NCBI GenBank assembly: GCA_019594305.1
Contig: JAFDTZ010000002.1
Span: forward strand, 1 to 41,699
Direction of reading: 5' to 3'
From: Thermoplasmata archaeon
GTDB lineage: Archaea; Thermoplasmatota; Thermoplasmata; Halarchaeoplasmatales; Halarchaeoplasmataceae
DNA: 41,699 bases
Positions 28,533 through 41,133 of this stretch are shown piece after piece (position 1 is the first letter of the stretch; every line of letters begins with the position of its first letter). The translations under genes were made by a program, and so were the position numbers. The notes beneath the pieces were generated by a model. That model saw only the letters and a program-made list of their open reading frames with translations, had not been told where the DNA came from and ran no database searches.

Positions 28533-29626
28533 ACAAAAGGTTTATCGTCCCTTCACTTATGGTCGTCATCATGGAGTTCCCCGCACAGGATCGCGAAAAA
28601 AGATATACCGACGATAAAGGTCTCGTAACTACATGGACGGGCGAAGAGCTGTTAGACGGCAGGCTTGAAAAGAGTTTTACAGCGATATTGCGAACAACCG
28701 GATGTTCCTGGTCACGTCAGAGCGGGTGCACCATGTGCGGGTACCATACGGCATCGAACCCCACTATAAAACCTGAAGCATTACTAACTCAGCTTGAAGA
28801 AGCGCTGTCACGATACGATGGTCAAAAGGTGGTTAAGATATACACCTCGGGAAGCTTTCTCGATGAGAGAGAGATACCGGTAGAGGTGGCGACTGCCATC
28901 CTGAGACGATTCAAAGCTAAAAGAATAATTGTCGAATCCCGGCCGGAGTACGTGAACAAAGACGTACTGGATACATACTCGGCACATGGAGTCCAACTCG
29001 AGATCGCGATCGGTTTGGAATCTTCGAAGGATTTCGTTCTCAAGAACTGTATAAACAAGGGATTTTCAGTAAAAGATTACCGGGATGCAAGGGACATAAT
29101 ATTTTCAGAAGGATGTTATCTGAGAACGTACCTCCTCTTGAAACCCCCTTTCCTTACGGAACTAGAAGCTATAGAGGACCTTACATCATCCATTTCAACG
29201 GTTTCACACCCACAAAATATCGTTTCCATCAACCCGCTTAACGTTCAAAAGGATACACTTGTAGAGAGATTGTGGTATCGAAATCAATATCGTCCACCTT
29301 GGATATGGTCTCTCTTTGAGGCGATTTTGTCGTCAGATAAAGTAAGTCATGTGGTCATCTCAAAGGCGGGTCTCGGTTCTAAACGCGGAGCTCACAATTG
29401 CAGCAATTGTGATGAGGAACTGATCAAAGTGATAGACAAATTCAATATTAGCCAAGATTACAGTATATTGGAGGAGAGTTTTTCGATATGTGATTGCACG
29501 GAAAAATGGTCTTCCCAAAAGGATATCGAACCGCTACTTCATCATAGAGGTTCGATTGAAATACTAAGCGATAGATACGCTGGATATATCGGTGTGCCTC
29601 ATCATTATCATCCGCGCAATAGATAA
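28529..29626 (+). CDS. Radical SAM protein of the archaeal TIGR01210/COG1244 type (RaSEA-like, archaeosine biosynthesis)
   Basis: The cluster motif TGCSWSRQSGCTMCGY and the ~350 aa length fit this family. The start is uncertain: GTG 28529 overlaps the upstream stop, and ATGs at 28559 and 28571 are alternatives. The 3' end overlaps nusA convergently. Confidence 0.5.
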   Translation: MNKRFIVPSLMVVIMEFPAQDREKRYTDDKGLVTTWTGEELLDGRLEKSFTAILRTTGCSWSRQSGCTMCGYHTASNPTIKPEALLTQLEEALSRYDGQKVVKIYTSGSFLDEREIPVEVATAILRRFKAKRIIVESRPEYVNKDVLDTYSAHGVQLEIAIGLESSKDFVLKNCINKGFSVKDYRDARDIIFSEGCYLRTYLLLKPPFLTELEAIEDLTSSISTVSHPQNIVSINPLNVQKDTLVERLWYRNQYRPPWIWSLFEAILSSDKVSHVVISKAGLGSKRGAHNCSNCDEELIKVIDKFNISQDYSILEESFSICDCTEKWSSQKDIEPLLHHRGSIEILSDRYAGYIGVPHHYHPRNR

Positions 29627-29989
29627 ATTACGTCCTTTTTTACCTATGGCACGTGCCTTATTCTCTGGCTTTACTTCCACTGTACCATGTTTCACGCCGT
29701 TCTTATCCATAATATCGATGTTTCGTACACCGTAGCTGTAAAAGATATTTGTAAGCAGTCTTTTCGGATCCTCAGCATACTCTATTACGTGTACATTACG
29801 GCCGATCTTCCCACTCACGTTGGTAACGTTCTTACCGCCCTTACCTATGGCTTTTTCTATCTCCCCCGTTTTTACAAGGAAGATTACCTTTTCAGGGATA
29901 TCTATACAGTCTACAACCTTTGCACCTGTCATGTCTTCAAAAAGTGACAGATATCTAAGGGTTTTTTCGGTGAATTTTATATCATCCAT
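29564..29989 (-). CDS. nusA: Archaeal NusA-like transcription termination factor (two KH domains)
   Basis: GxxG KH motifs IGKGGKNV and IGKKGRNL are present. The product is 141 aa and sits in the conserved position after rpl30e. Confidence 0.85.
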   Translation of the reverse strand: MDDIKFTEKTLRYLSLFEDMTGAKVVDCIDIPEKVIFLVKTGEIEKAIGKGGKNVTNVSGKIGRNVHVIEYAEDPKRLLTNIFYSYGVRNIDIMDKNGVKHGTVEVKPENKARAIGKKGRNLSIARMIMMRHTDISSVSIA

Positions 29990-29992
29990 GTA

Positions 29993-30280
29993 TCAACCCT
30001 CTATTAGAGATAGTATGTTTGATTCTCCGGGTTCGATCACTGCTAAGGCTGAGATAGAGAACGGTTTTCCCGCCATCGAGCCTAGCTCATGACCATTTCC
30101 CCGGTATGCGTGTATATTTACCTTTTTATACCTTTTTCTCTTCAACTCCTTTTCCGGGCAGTTATCGGCTACTACTATCAACTTTGCCTCTCCTTTTTTC
30201 GCCGCACTCTTCACTTCTTTCACTCCGAAAACCGTCTTACCGGTATTCACAGCGATCCTTATTGCTCTATTTACGTCCAT
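29993..30280 (-). CDS. rpl30e: 50S ribosomal protein L30e
   Basis: Motifs GKTVFGVKEV, KLIVVADNCP and ELGSMAGKPF are present. It sits in the conserved operon position. Confidence 0.85.
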   Translation of the reverse strand: MDVNRAIRIAVNTGKTVFGVKEVKSAAKKGEAKLIVVADNCPEKELKRKRYKKVNIHAYRGNGHELGSMAGKPFSISALAVIEPGESNILSLIEG

Positions 30281-30319
30281 CTTTGCACCTCGGGTTGTTT
30301 ACATATATCGTAACTTGAT

Positions 30320-34427
<4,108 letters not shown>

Positions 34428-34431
<4 letters not shown>

Positions 34432-37400
34432 TTTAAATCCTCCAGTTGTAATCTCATTGTAACTCCCAGGGAACGGAGTTCGTCCATCAACAATTTGAAA
34501 GCGTAACTCGTCTGGATCTTGTGCACGTTAGAGCGTTCACCGCAAACCGGACATCTCAACTCTCCGTTACTATCTAACATTGCCACATGCCCACACTCCT
34601 CTTTTCCGCACACGTACTCCGTTGTTCCGTCCGATTGGTCAAGTAATCTATCCTTGATTACCATCGCGGCACCATGCCCTATCAAACAGTCACGTTCCAT
34701 CTCACCGAATCTTAAACCGCCTTGACGAGATCGTCCTTCGGTAGGTTGTCTGGTCAGTATCTGTACAGGCCCCCTCGAACGCATGTGAAGTTTACCGGAA
34801 ACCATGTGGTGAAGTTTTTGATAATAGATAACGCCCACAAAGATCTCCGCCTGTAGCAGCTTTCCGGATCTACCGTCATAAAGCACTTCGGTACCGTTGT
34901 GCTTGAATCCCGAATCCGTTAGGGCCTTCCGTAGTGATCTTTCCTTTTCACCACTGAAGGGTGTTCCATCAACGAACCGTCCTTCCAAAGAGCCTACTTT
35001 ACCTCCCAGCATCTCTAAAACATGGCCGATGGTCATCCTTGACGGAATCGCGTGGGGGTTTAGAATAAGATCCGGGACCAGACCATTTTCTGTGAAGGGC
35101 AGGTCTTCGGGTTCGACAAGTTTTCCAATTACTCCTTTCTGACCATGTCTCGAGGCGAACTTGTCCCCGAGTTCGGGCACTCGTTGATCCCTCACCTTAG
35201 CCTTAACAACCCTACTTCCGTCTGAGGATTCGGTGAGCATTATGGAGTCGACCCATCCCTTTTCCCTGGGCCTTACTATCTTGGACGTTTCCCTTCTCTT
35301 TTGGGGCGCCATGAAATCGGTATCCTCTTCAAGGAAACGAGGCGGTGAGGTCTTTCCTACAAGAACATCTCCTCCGTTGACCTTTACCTCGGGACTGATG
35401 ACCCCGTCTTCATCCAGATGTTGGTAAAATTGGTCGCTCCTTGCACCTCTAACGTCGGGATCCGGTATCTCAAAGTGGTCTTCCTGACCTCCCGGATACC
35501 TTCTCTCCTCGGTGGTATATGTTCTAAAGAAGGTAGACCTACCCAATCCTCTGTCGATGGATCCGCGATTGAATATCAGAGCGTCTTCCATATTGTATCC
35601 GTGGTATGACATTACCGCTACCACGAAGTTCTGGCCCGCAGGACGATCATTGTAATTAACAAAATCCATGGATTTTGTTTGTAGTAACGATATATGTGGG
35701 TAATGAAGTAGATGTTCTCTTGTGTCCGGCCGTCCTCTGTAATTTGAAGAAGGTAGACCCAGAGATTGCTTCATCATATTCGAGCCCATGGTGCAGCGAG
35801 GTGCGGCGTTATGGGGCGCATATGGAATGAGGCCCGCTGCGGCACCCATGACCAATACAGGGTCCAGCTCGAGATGTGTATGTTTTTTATTCAGCTTCAA
35901 GGTACCTTTCATCTCCTTTCCGCATGTTTTACATTTTAACTTAGCGTCATCTCCACTGCCGATATTTTTCCATACTATGTCTGTTACAGAGAGCGGTTTG
36001 TCGCACCCGGTACAGCTATCAGGTATTTCGAAAGGCTCCATAGCTATGTAAGTATCTTCTTCTTCCTCGGTGTCCATCCATTCCATGACACCTTTATCAA
36101 AAAGATCCTTAACTCCCATCTTATCTTCGGACAGTTTTTTCATCATATCCGATGTCAGCTTCAGTTTACCATCTTCAACGATGAGAAGCGGTCTCCTGAC
36201 CCGACCTTCGTCAGAATTTATGATGACCTCGTTCATTTTGTCATCGTATCTTGCATTGACCTGGTCCGACAGGTCGCCTCCTCTTCTTTTCTTTCTTATT
36301 TTAGCTACGAAATCGACGGGGTCTTCGACAACACCTACGATATCCCCGTTGAGATATACTTTTACCACATTCTTATCACTTTCGCCTATGTTTTCCAATC
36401 CGATATCGTAGAGTATCCAAAGTACGTCGTTGGGTTCGGCACCTCTGGAAACATCGATGATAAGTGCCGACGTCTTAACCAGGCCGCAGTTCTGCCCTTC
36501 GGGGGTTTCATTCGGGCACAACCGTCCCCATTGGGTCGGGTGCAGCTCTCTTGCTTCAAAGTGTGGCTGACTCCGAGATAAGGGCGATTTCACACGCCTT
36601 AGATGGCTGATCGAACTCATGTTTGTAGTTCTGTCCAGCAGTTGAGATATGCCAGTGCGTCCGCCGACCCAATTTCCCGTTGCCATAGCGTGCTGTATCT
36701 TGTTGGACAAAAGGTCCGGTCTAATGGATGAGTGCAGGCGTATCTCGCCTTTCTTAGAGTAATTTCTTTCAAGTTGATATTTTAGGTCTTTGAGGAGGTT
36801 GACTATTGAAACCCGGAAAAGGTCACCTATAAGGTCACCGGCAAGTTTTATACGCTTGTTAGCATAGTGATCCTTATCGTCGGGAGTTCTCTTACCTATA
36901 GCTAGTTCCAGTATGCCTCGCGCCATACGGCATAGGAAGACCGCCTTTTTGATCCTAGCTTCCTCGTCGTCACCTAGGTGCGGAAGAAGAGATCTATCCA
37001 ACATGGAATCTATCTTTCTCTTTCGGTATTCCTCCGCCTGGCCTTGTGCAAACTTCCTTTCAAGGTATGTTATGGCATCTTCTTGTTCGTAAACGCCGTT
37101 TTGAGAGAATTCATCTTCCTCTTCGCACATCTCTATGTTTGCCATCACTATGCTTATCATATCCTCTTCGGTGACTACGGTCTCGAAGATGTCTTCGTTA
37201 CTATCAAGACCAAGTGCCTTTATAAGAATTATGAGTGGTATGTACCCTCTCGTTCCAGGCACTGAAACCCGGATCAAACCATCACGCTTCTTCTCCATCA
37301 CCGTAAGGGCACGATATCCGTGTTTATGTGAGAATATTTTAACCACTTCCATCTTGCGGCCGTACCTTTCCACTATCTCGCACATGATACGGTTGGATGC

Positions 37401-38048
37401 CATGTCTTCCACGGCCATAAGGTTCCTCTCGGTGCCGTTGATGATGAAATACCCCATGGGGTCCACAGGGTCTTCACTAAGCATGACAAGCTTGTCCTTG
37501 TAGGTGTGTGAATCATATTCTTTGCTTTCAATGTCCGTATCCAGGATTTCTTCCATGGTATTGTCGATGTTCATGGGGTTGAGGTTACATCTCTTGGAAC
37601 CGATCATTATGGGTATCTTACCTATGGTTAACCACTCGGGCTCTCTTTCTATATCATCTTCAATAACACTAAAACAGAGTTCCATGTCCCCTTCGTAAGA
37701 AAAATCTCTAAGTCGAGCCTCCATGGGCGTTAATCGATGCCTGGAACCGCTGGCCTCCAGTATAGTAGGTCTATTCAATCTGATAGTATTTTCGGAGTTC
37801 GGGTCTATCTGCCCGTCCTCGGTTCTTTTTCGACCTACCCGTATCCTTATGTCCCTTCCATCAACCTTTTCGGGGTCAAGCTTGATAATACCCCAATTAA
37901 CGTCGTTATAGCCTATGCGGACATTATCCAAAATCTTTTGCGCTCTATTGTTCGGATTGTCTGCCGTAGGTATAAAGTTATTATAGGATGCCAGGTGGTG
38001 GCTGACTATGCTTATCTCTTTAAAGAAAGCATCTACTAATTCTCTCAT
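34428..38048 (-). CDS. rpoB: DNA-directed RNA polymerase subunit B (unsplit)
   Basis: Motifs GYFIINGTE, SRHGQKG, GEMERD and the C-terminal zinc motif CG..ECGH...CPVCG are present. A single 1206-aa ORF spans what is split into B''/B' in methanogens and halophiles. Confidence 0.95.
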
Positions 38049-38070
38049 TTTTTCTTCACGTCCTTTTGTC

Positions 38071-38328
38071 TCATTCTCTCTCTACAACCAAACGATATGC
38101 CTTCGATATGCCTGCGGTTTTGCTTATTCTGTCTATCTGGATTAATCGGCCCTTCTTAATATCTCCGTGTTTTTCGATAAGCTGTTTAAGTGCGGGATCC
38201 GCTTTAAGTATTTTCGGTAGCTGATCCTTTCTAGCGTCCAGTTTTTCCAATATCTCTTCCTCATCTTCTTCGGGAACGAGATGGTGTACGGGTACTAAGG
38301 CATGTTTCATCACGTTCAGGCTACCCAT
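38071..38328 (-). CDS. rpoH: DNA-directed RNA polymerase subunit H (Rpb5-like)
   Basis: Motifs HALVPVHHLV, LPKI and the C-terminal GRLIQIDR...AYRLVV are present. It is the first gene of the rpo operon. The start is 38328 or the Met at 38310. Confidence 0.85.
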   Translation of the reverse strand: MGSLNVMKHALVPVHHLVPEEDEEEILEKLDARKDQLPKILKADPALKQLIEKHGDIKKGRLIQIDRISKTAGISKAYRLVVERE

Positions 38329-38446
38329 GTTGTGCCCCCATTTCTTATTTTATAACTATCCATAATGCATTCTCTCCATATGTCGGCATCTATATTTAAC
38401 AACCATCTTACCAAGGCGGTACATGCCCAAGTGGGCCTGTGGGGAT

Positions 38447-38475
38447 TTTCGGGACACCCCTGATAGGTTATCCTA
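38447..38475 (-). other. Putative T-loop intron of tRNA-Lys (~29 nt; after position 57 or 58)
   Basis: The insert TAGGATAACCTATCAGGGGTGTCCCGAAA lies between TTCGA and AT of a TTCGAAT T-loop. It contains the internal hairpin TAGG-ATAA-CCTA. Confidence 0.6.
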
Positions 38476-38518
38476 TCGAACCCCAGACCACCTGGTTAAA
38501 AGCCAGATGCTCTATCCA

Positions 38519-38548
38519 GGGAAAAAGCCTATTTGCCCTCTCCTACCT
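38519..38548 (-). other. Putative D-loop intron of tRNA-Lys (~30 nt; junction ambiguous by 3 nt)
   Basis: The insert AGGTAGGAGAGGGCAAATAGGCTTTTTCCC lies between D-loop AGCC and TGGATA. Because AGG and TGG flank it, the boundaries could shift to 38516..38545. Confidence 0.6.
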
Positions 38549-38604
38549 GGCTGAGCTACAGGCCCGTGGTTTACGCAAGCGGTCTAGTTTCTAAATGTAT
38601 GTAC

Positions 38605-38612
38605 TATTTAAA
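38605..38612 (-). promoter_or_regulatory. Putative TATA box for tRNA-Lys (and possibly the downstream rpo operon)
   Basis: The minus strand reads TTTAAATA about 40 nt upstream of the tRNA 5' end. Confidence 0.3.
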
Positions 38613-38682
38613 AGTTCCCCACCAAAGAGCCTTTAAAACTCCTTTTTAGTGTAAATACTTTGACAATAAGTACTTAAGCAAA

Positions 38683-38692
38683 CTATATATAG
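38683..38692 (+). promoter_or_regulatory. Putative TATA box of the C11 peptidase gene
   Basis: The sequence ctatatatag ends ~22 nt upstream of the ATG at 38714. This is leaderless-type spacing. Confidence 0.35.
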
Positions 38693-38713
38693 CTTATTTA
38701 AAGTAAAATCTCC

Positions 38714-40480
38714 ATGCGTAGAACCGCGACTATAACTATCACTATTGTCATCCTTATCTCCGTAGTTATCACCGTTTCCGGCGTTGAAGATACTTCGGGC
38801 AGTGAATGGACTTTGATGTTCTATATGGGCGGTAGCGGGGATCTGAGTGATTTTGTTGAAAGTGATTTGGAAGAGTTACGGGCGGCTTCACCGGGTGATA
38901 GTGTTTCCGTGGTCGTCCTCGCCGACCAGAAGGAGGAAGGAGATAGCAGATTACTTGAAGTAGCCGGTGATGAATTCATACATATTCCACTCAGTACGGT
39001 AAATTCATCATGGGTCGACGAAGTGGATATGTCTGACCCACAGACGCTAAGCGATTTCGTCAGGTGGACGAAACAAAATTACGGATCCGAGAGATACCTA
39101 CTCAACCTATGGGGGCACGGTCATGGTTGGAGGGGCATGTCAATGGAGGGATCCGCTCAACTGCTGACTTTAGGAGAGATGAACGAGGCACTCGACGGGC
39201 TATACTTCGATATAATAGGTTTTGATTCGTGTACCATGGGTATGTTCGAGGTGTATTATGAACTTAGAGGGCGCAGTGGTATAATAATCGCATCTGAAAA
39301 GGAGGAACCCATCGCGGGCTGGCCCTATACTGATATACTGAATGCCCTAAAGGACGATCCCGGTATTTCTCCGGCAGACTTCGCGACGGTGATAGTGGAT
39401 AAGTTCGTTGATTGGGGTGCTAACCACAGCAGTGTATCAACAACCCTTACCGCGGTGGACACTATGCAATTGCCCATAATGGAGTTGGATCACTACTCGA
39501 CGGAACTCGGTCTGGCTCTCCCCTTTTATCATGACGAAGTAAGACTGGCATGGGATGAAACCGAAGTGTACCAACCATCGCCTAATCCCAGAGATCTATA
39601 TCATTTTACTATGAACGTGCACCATAATGTGAATTCCCACCGTCTGAGACGATCTGGAATCCGGCTGCGTGAAGCCATAAATGCTAGTGTGACGGCCCAT
39701 AGGGTCCACTCGCTTGAAAACGACCCAGCGGAGAATGCCCATGGTATAGGGATATATTTTCCTTCCGAATCTATCCTAAGTGGTTATGAGGACACAGAAT
39801 TCGCCGAGCTCGAATGGAGTACATGGCTGAAACGCTTTATAGATCCGCCCAGGATGATATCTAACACCGGGTTCGAGATGGATATTATCGTTAAAGAAGG
39901 CTCAATGGATATCGATTTATCTCATCATCTATCCGGTGCGATCGTTAATATAGACATCGTACAGGATGAAGCTCTTTACCAACGAGATACTTTCCGGATG
40001 GATCAGACGTCACTCGAGTTTTTCGGACTGGGAGATTTTTCGGTGGAAGGGTATCTGGTCTACAGAGACGGGATAGTTTCTCATATCGTTGAAGAGGTCA
40101 AGTTGAACAGTTCTTTCGTTATAAGCGGTTTTATCGTATCTCAAGATGATATCATAATTAAAATACACAATCAGCGTACGGCCTCTTGGCACAATTTCAC
40201 AGCTTCCCCGGGAAACTACTCCACACATCTGAGCGTACCGTATTTTTGTGCGGAGGGCGATACTCTCCATATTACATACACCATGGGTAATATACTGGTT
40301 AGCAGAGAGGCGGTAGTGTCGGGCCGGGGTGCGGTAGTGGACGTCACCATGGAGGGTAGTGCACCGTCTTTACCTCTTTGGGTTATATCAACGCTCCTAT
40401 TTGCCGTCTTTTTGGTGCTTATATCATATATAAAAAGAAAGAGAAGGTCTATAATCTCCGAAGATTCAAGTACGTCCTAG
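38714..40480 (+). CDS. Extracellular clostripain-like cysteine peptidase (family C11) with an N-terminal signal/anchor and a C-terminal TM anchor
   Basis: The N-terminal hydrophobic segment is ITITIVILISVVITV. WTLMFYMGGSGDL is present. The catalytic His region is NLWGHGHGW and the catalytic Cys region is GFDSCTMGMFEV. The C-terminal helix LWVISTLLFAVFLVLISYI is followed by KRKRR. Confidence 0.75.
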   Translation: MRRTATITITIVILISVVITVSGVEDTSGSEWTLMFYMGGSGDLSDFVESDLEELRAASPGDSVSVVVLADQKEEGDSRLLEVAGDEFIHIPLSTVNSSWVDEVDMSDPQTLSDFVRWTKQNYGSERYLLNLWGHGHGWRGMSMEGSAQLLTLGEMNEALDGLYFDIIGFDSCTMGMFEVYYELRGRSGIIIASEKEEPIAGWPYTDILNALKDDPGISPADFATVIVDKFVDWGANHSSVSTTLTAVDTMQLPIMELDHYSTELGLALPFYHDEVRLAWDETEVYQPSPNPRDLYHFTMNVHHNVNSHRLRRSGIRLREAINASVTAHRVHSLENDPAENAHGIGIYFPSESILSGYEDTEFAELEWSTWLKRFIDPPRMISNTGFEMDIIVKEGSMDIDLSHHLSGAIVNIDIVQDEALYQRDTFRMDQTSLEFFGLGDFSVEGYLVYRDGIVSHIVEEVKLNSSFVISGFIVSQDDIIIKIHNQRTASWHNFTASPGNYSTHLSVPYFCAEGDTLHITYTMGNILVSREAVVSGRGAVVDVTMEGSAPSLPLWVISTLLFAVFLVLISYIKRKRRSIISEDSSTS

Positions 40481-40684
40481 GATACGTTTTACCGCTTCCT
40501 CGTTAGAGATACGTTTTTTGTATGCCAGTTTTCTCACTTCGCTCATCATATTGATATACCTAACATAACCATCCTTTCCCTTTTCTTTATCGCTGATAGT
40601 CCTGGCCAGTGCCTTGTTGAAGCGTTCATGCGATCTTTTCGCTCTCAAAGCATCTTCGAGATATTTTTTTTCCTGTTTATCCAT
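40466..40684 (-). CDS. Small basic hypothetical protein (72 aa)
   Basis: The ATG at 40684 (MDKQEKKYLEDALRAKRSHERF...) is preferred over the upstream GTG at 40696. The product looks helical and Lys/Arg-rich, with no recognisable family. Its 3' end overlaps the peptidase gene convergently by 15 nt. Confidence 0.35.
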   Translation of the reverse strand: MDKQEKKYLEDALRAKRSHERFNKALARTISDKEKGKDGYVRYINMMSEVRKLAYKKRISNEEAVKRILGRT

Positions 40685-40849
40685 GTTAAACCGCACATCT
40701 CAATTTATTATCGAAGTTAAACCTTTCGTGTATTTCAGACGAAAAAATATTTAGCCTCTGCAATCTTCACATGTTAAACCGCTCATATACGCGGGCAATC
40801 ACCAGAACGAGTTCCGATTTGCCCTCAGAAGTCGTAACAACTCCTTCTT

Positions 40850-41015
40850 GCGGGGGTAGCGCAGGAATCTTCGATTCCTCCAACACGCAAATTGTATCCA
40901 CAATTTGCGGGTCAACGTGGAAAGGAATTTCCACTAACCCGCTTAACTCGCTCAAACTATTTCGCTCCTCAAGCGGGGGTAGCGCAGGAATTAAAAATTC
41001 CTCCTAACTCCCCGC
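40850..41015 (+). repeat. Hairpin-rich array carrying two 19-nt copies of a motif whose first 11 nt equal the 5' end of the downstream tRNA-Leu
   Basis: GCGGGGGTAGCGCAGGAAT occurs at 40850-40868 and 40973-40991, each capped by a hairpin (AGGAAT-CTTCG-ATTCCT and AGGAATT-AAA-AATTCCT) followed by CC. Between the copies are a 10-bp hairpin (40886-40909) and a 6+7-bp hairpin with a GGAA loop (40907-40942). GCGGGGGTAGC occurs again at 41036, the tRNA 5' end. Confidence 0.6.
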
Positions 41016-41035
41016 TTTCTCATTCGCATTCGAAG

Positions 41036-41120
41036 CGCGGGGGTAGCCAAGCATGGCCAACGGCGATAGACTCAAGATCTATTCCCATAGGGGTCCGAGG
41101 GTTCAAATCCCTTCCCCCGC
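41036..41120 (+). tRNA. tRNA-Leu (anticodon CAA), class II with a long variable arm, no intron; CCA is not encoded
   Basis: The sequence parses as GCGGGGG-TA-GCCAAGCATGGCCAACGGC-G-ATAGA-CTCAAGA-TCTAT-TCCCATAGGGGTC-(C)GAGGG-TTCAAAT-CCCTT-CCCCCGC-A. Confidence 0.9.
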
Positions 41121-41133
41121 ATTATTTTATTTT
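41121..41133 (+). terminator. Oligo-T tract immediately after tRNA-Leu
   Basis: The sequence ttattttattttt directly follows the discriminator base. Archaeal RNAP terminates at T-runs. A GGGG...CCCC hairpin plus ctttttc follows at ~41144-41171. Confidence 0.35.

Larger units (their letters stand above)
38432..38565 (-). tRNA. tRNA-Lys (anticodon UUU) precursor of 134 nt containing two introns; CCA is not encoded
   Basis: The minus strand reads GGGCCTG-TA-GCTC-AGCC[30 nt]TGGATA-GAGC-A-TCTGG-CTTTTAA-CCAGG-TGGTC-TGGGG-TTCGA[29 nt]AT-CCCCA-CAGGCCC-A. With the two inserts removed, all four stems pair and the product is a standard 75-nt cloverleaf. Confidence 0.8.

Noticed and set aside
40850-41046. 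The three spaced copies of GCGGGGGTAGC(GCAGGAAT) could be a CRISPR array or a second, intron-containing tRNA.
   Set aside because: There are only 2-3 copies, with irregular spacing (123 and 63 nt), and the repeats are only 11-19 nt, so this is not CRISPR-like. No T-arm (GTTCRANYC) or second anticodon arm exists upstream of 41036 on either strand, so no additional standard tRNA can be assembled.
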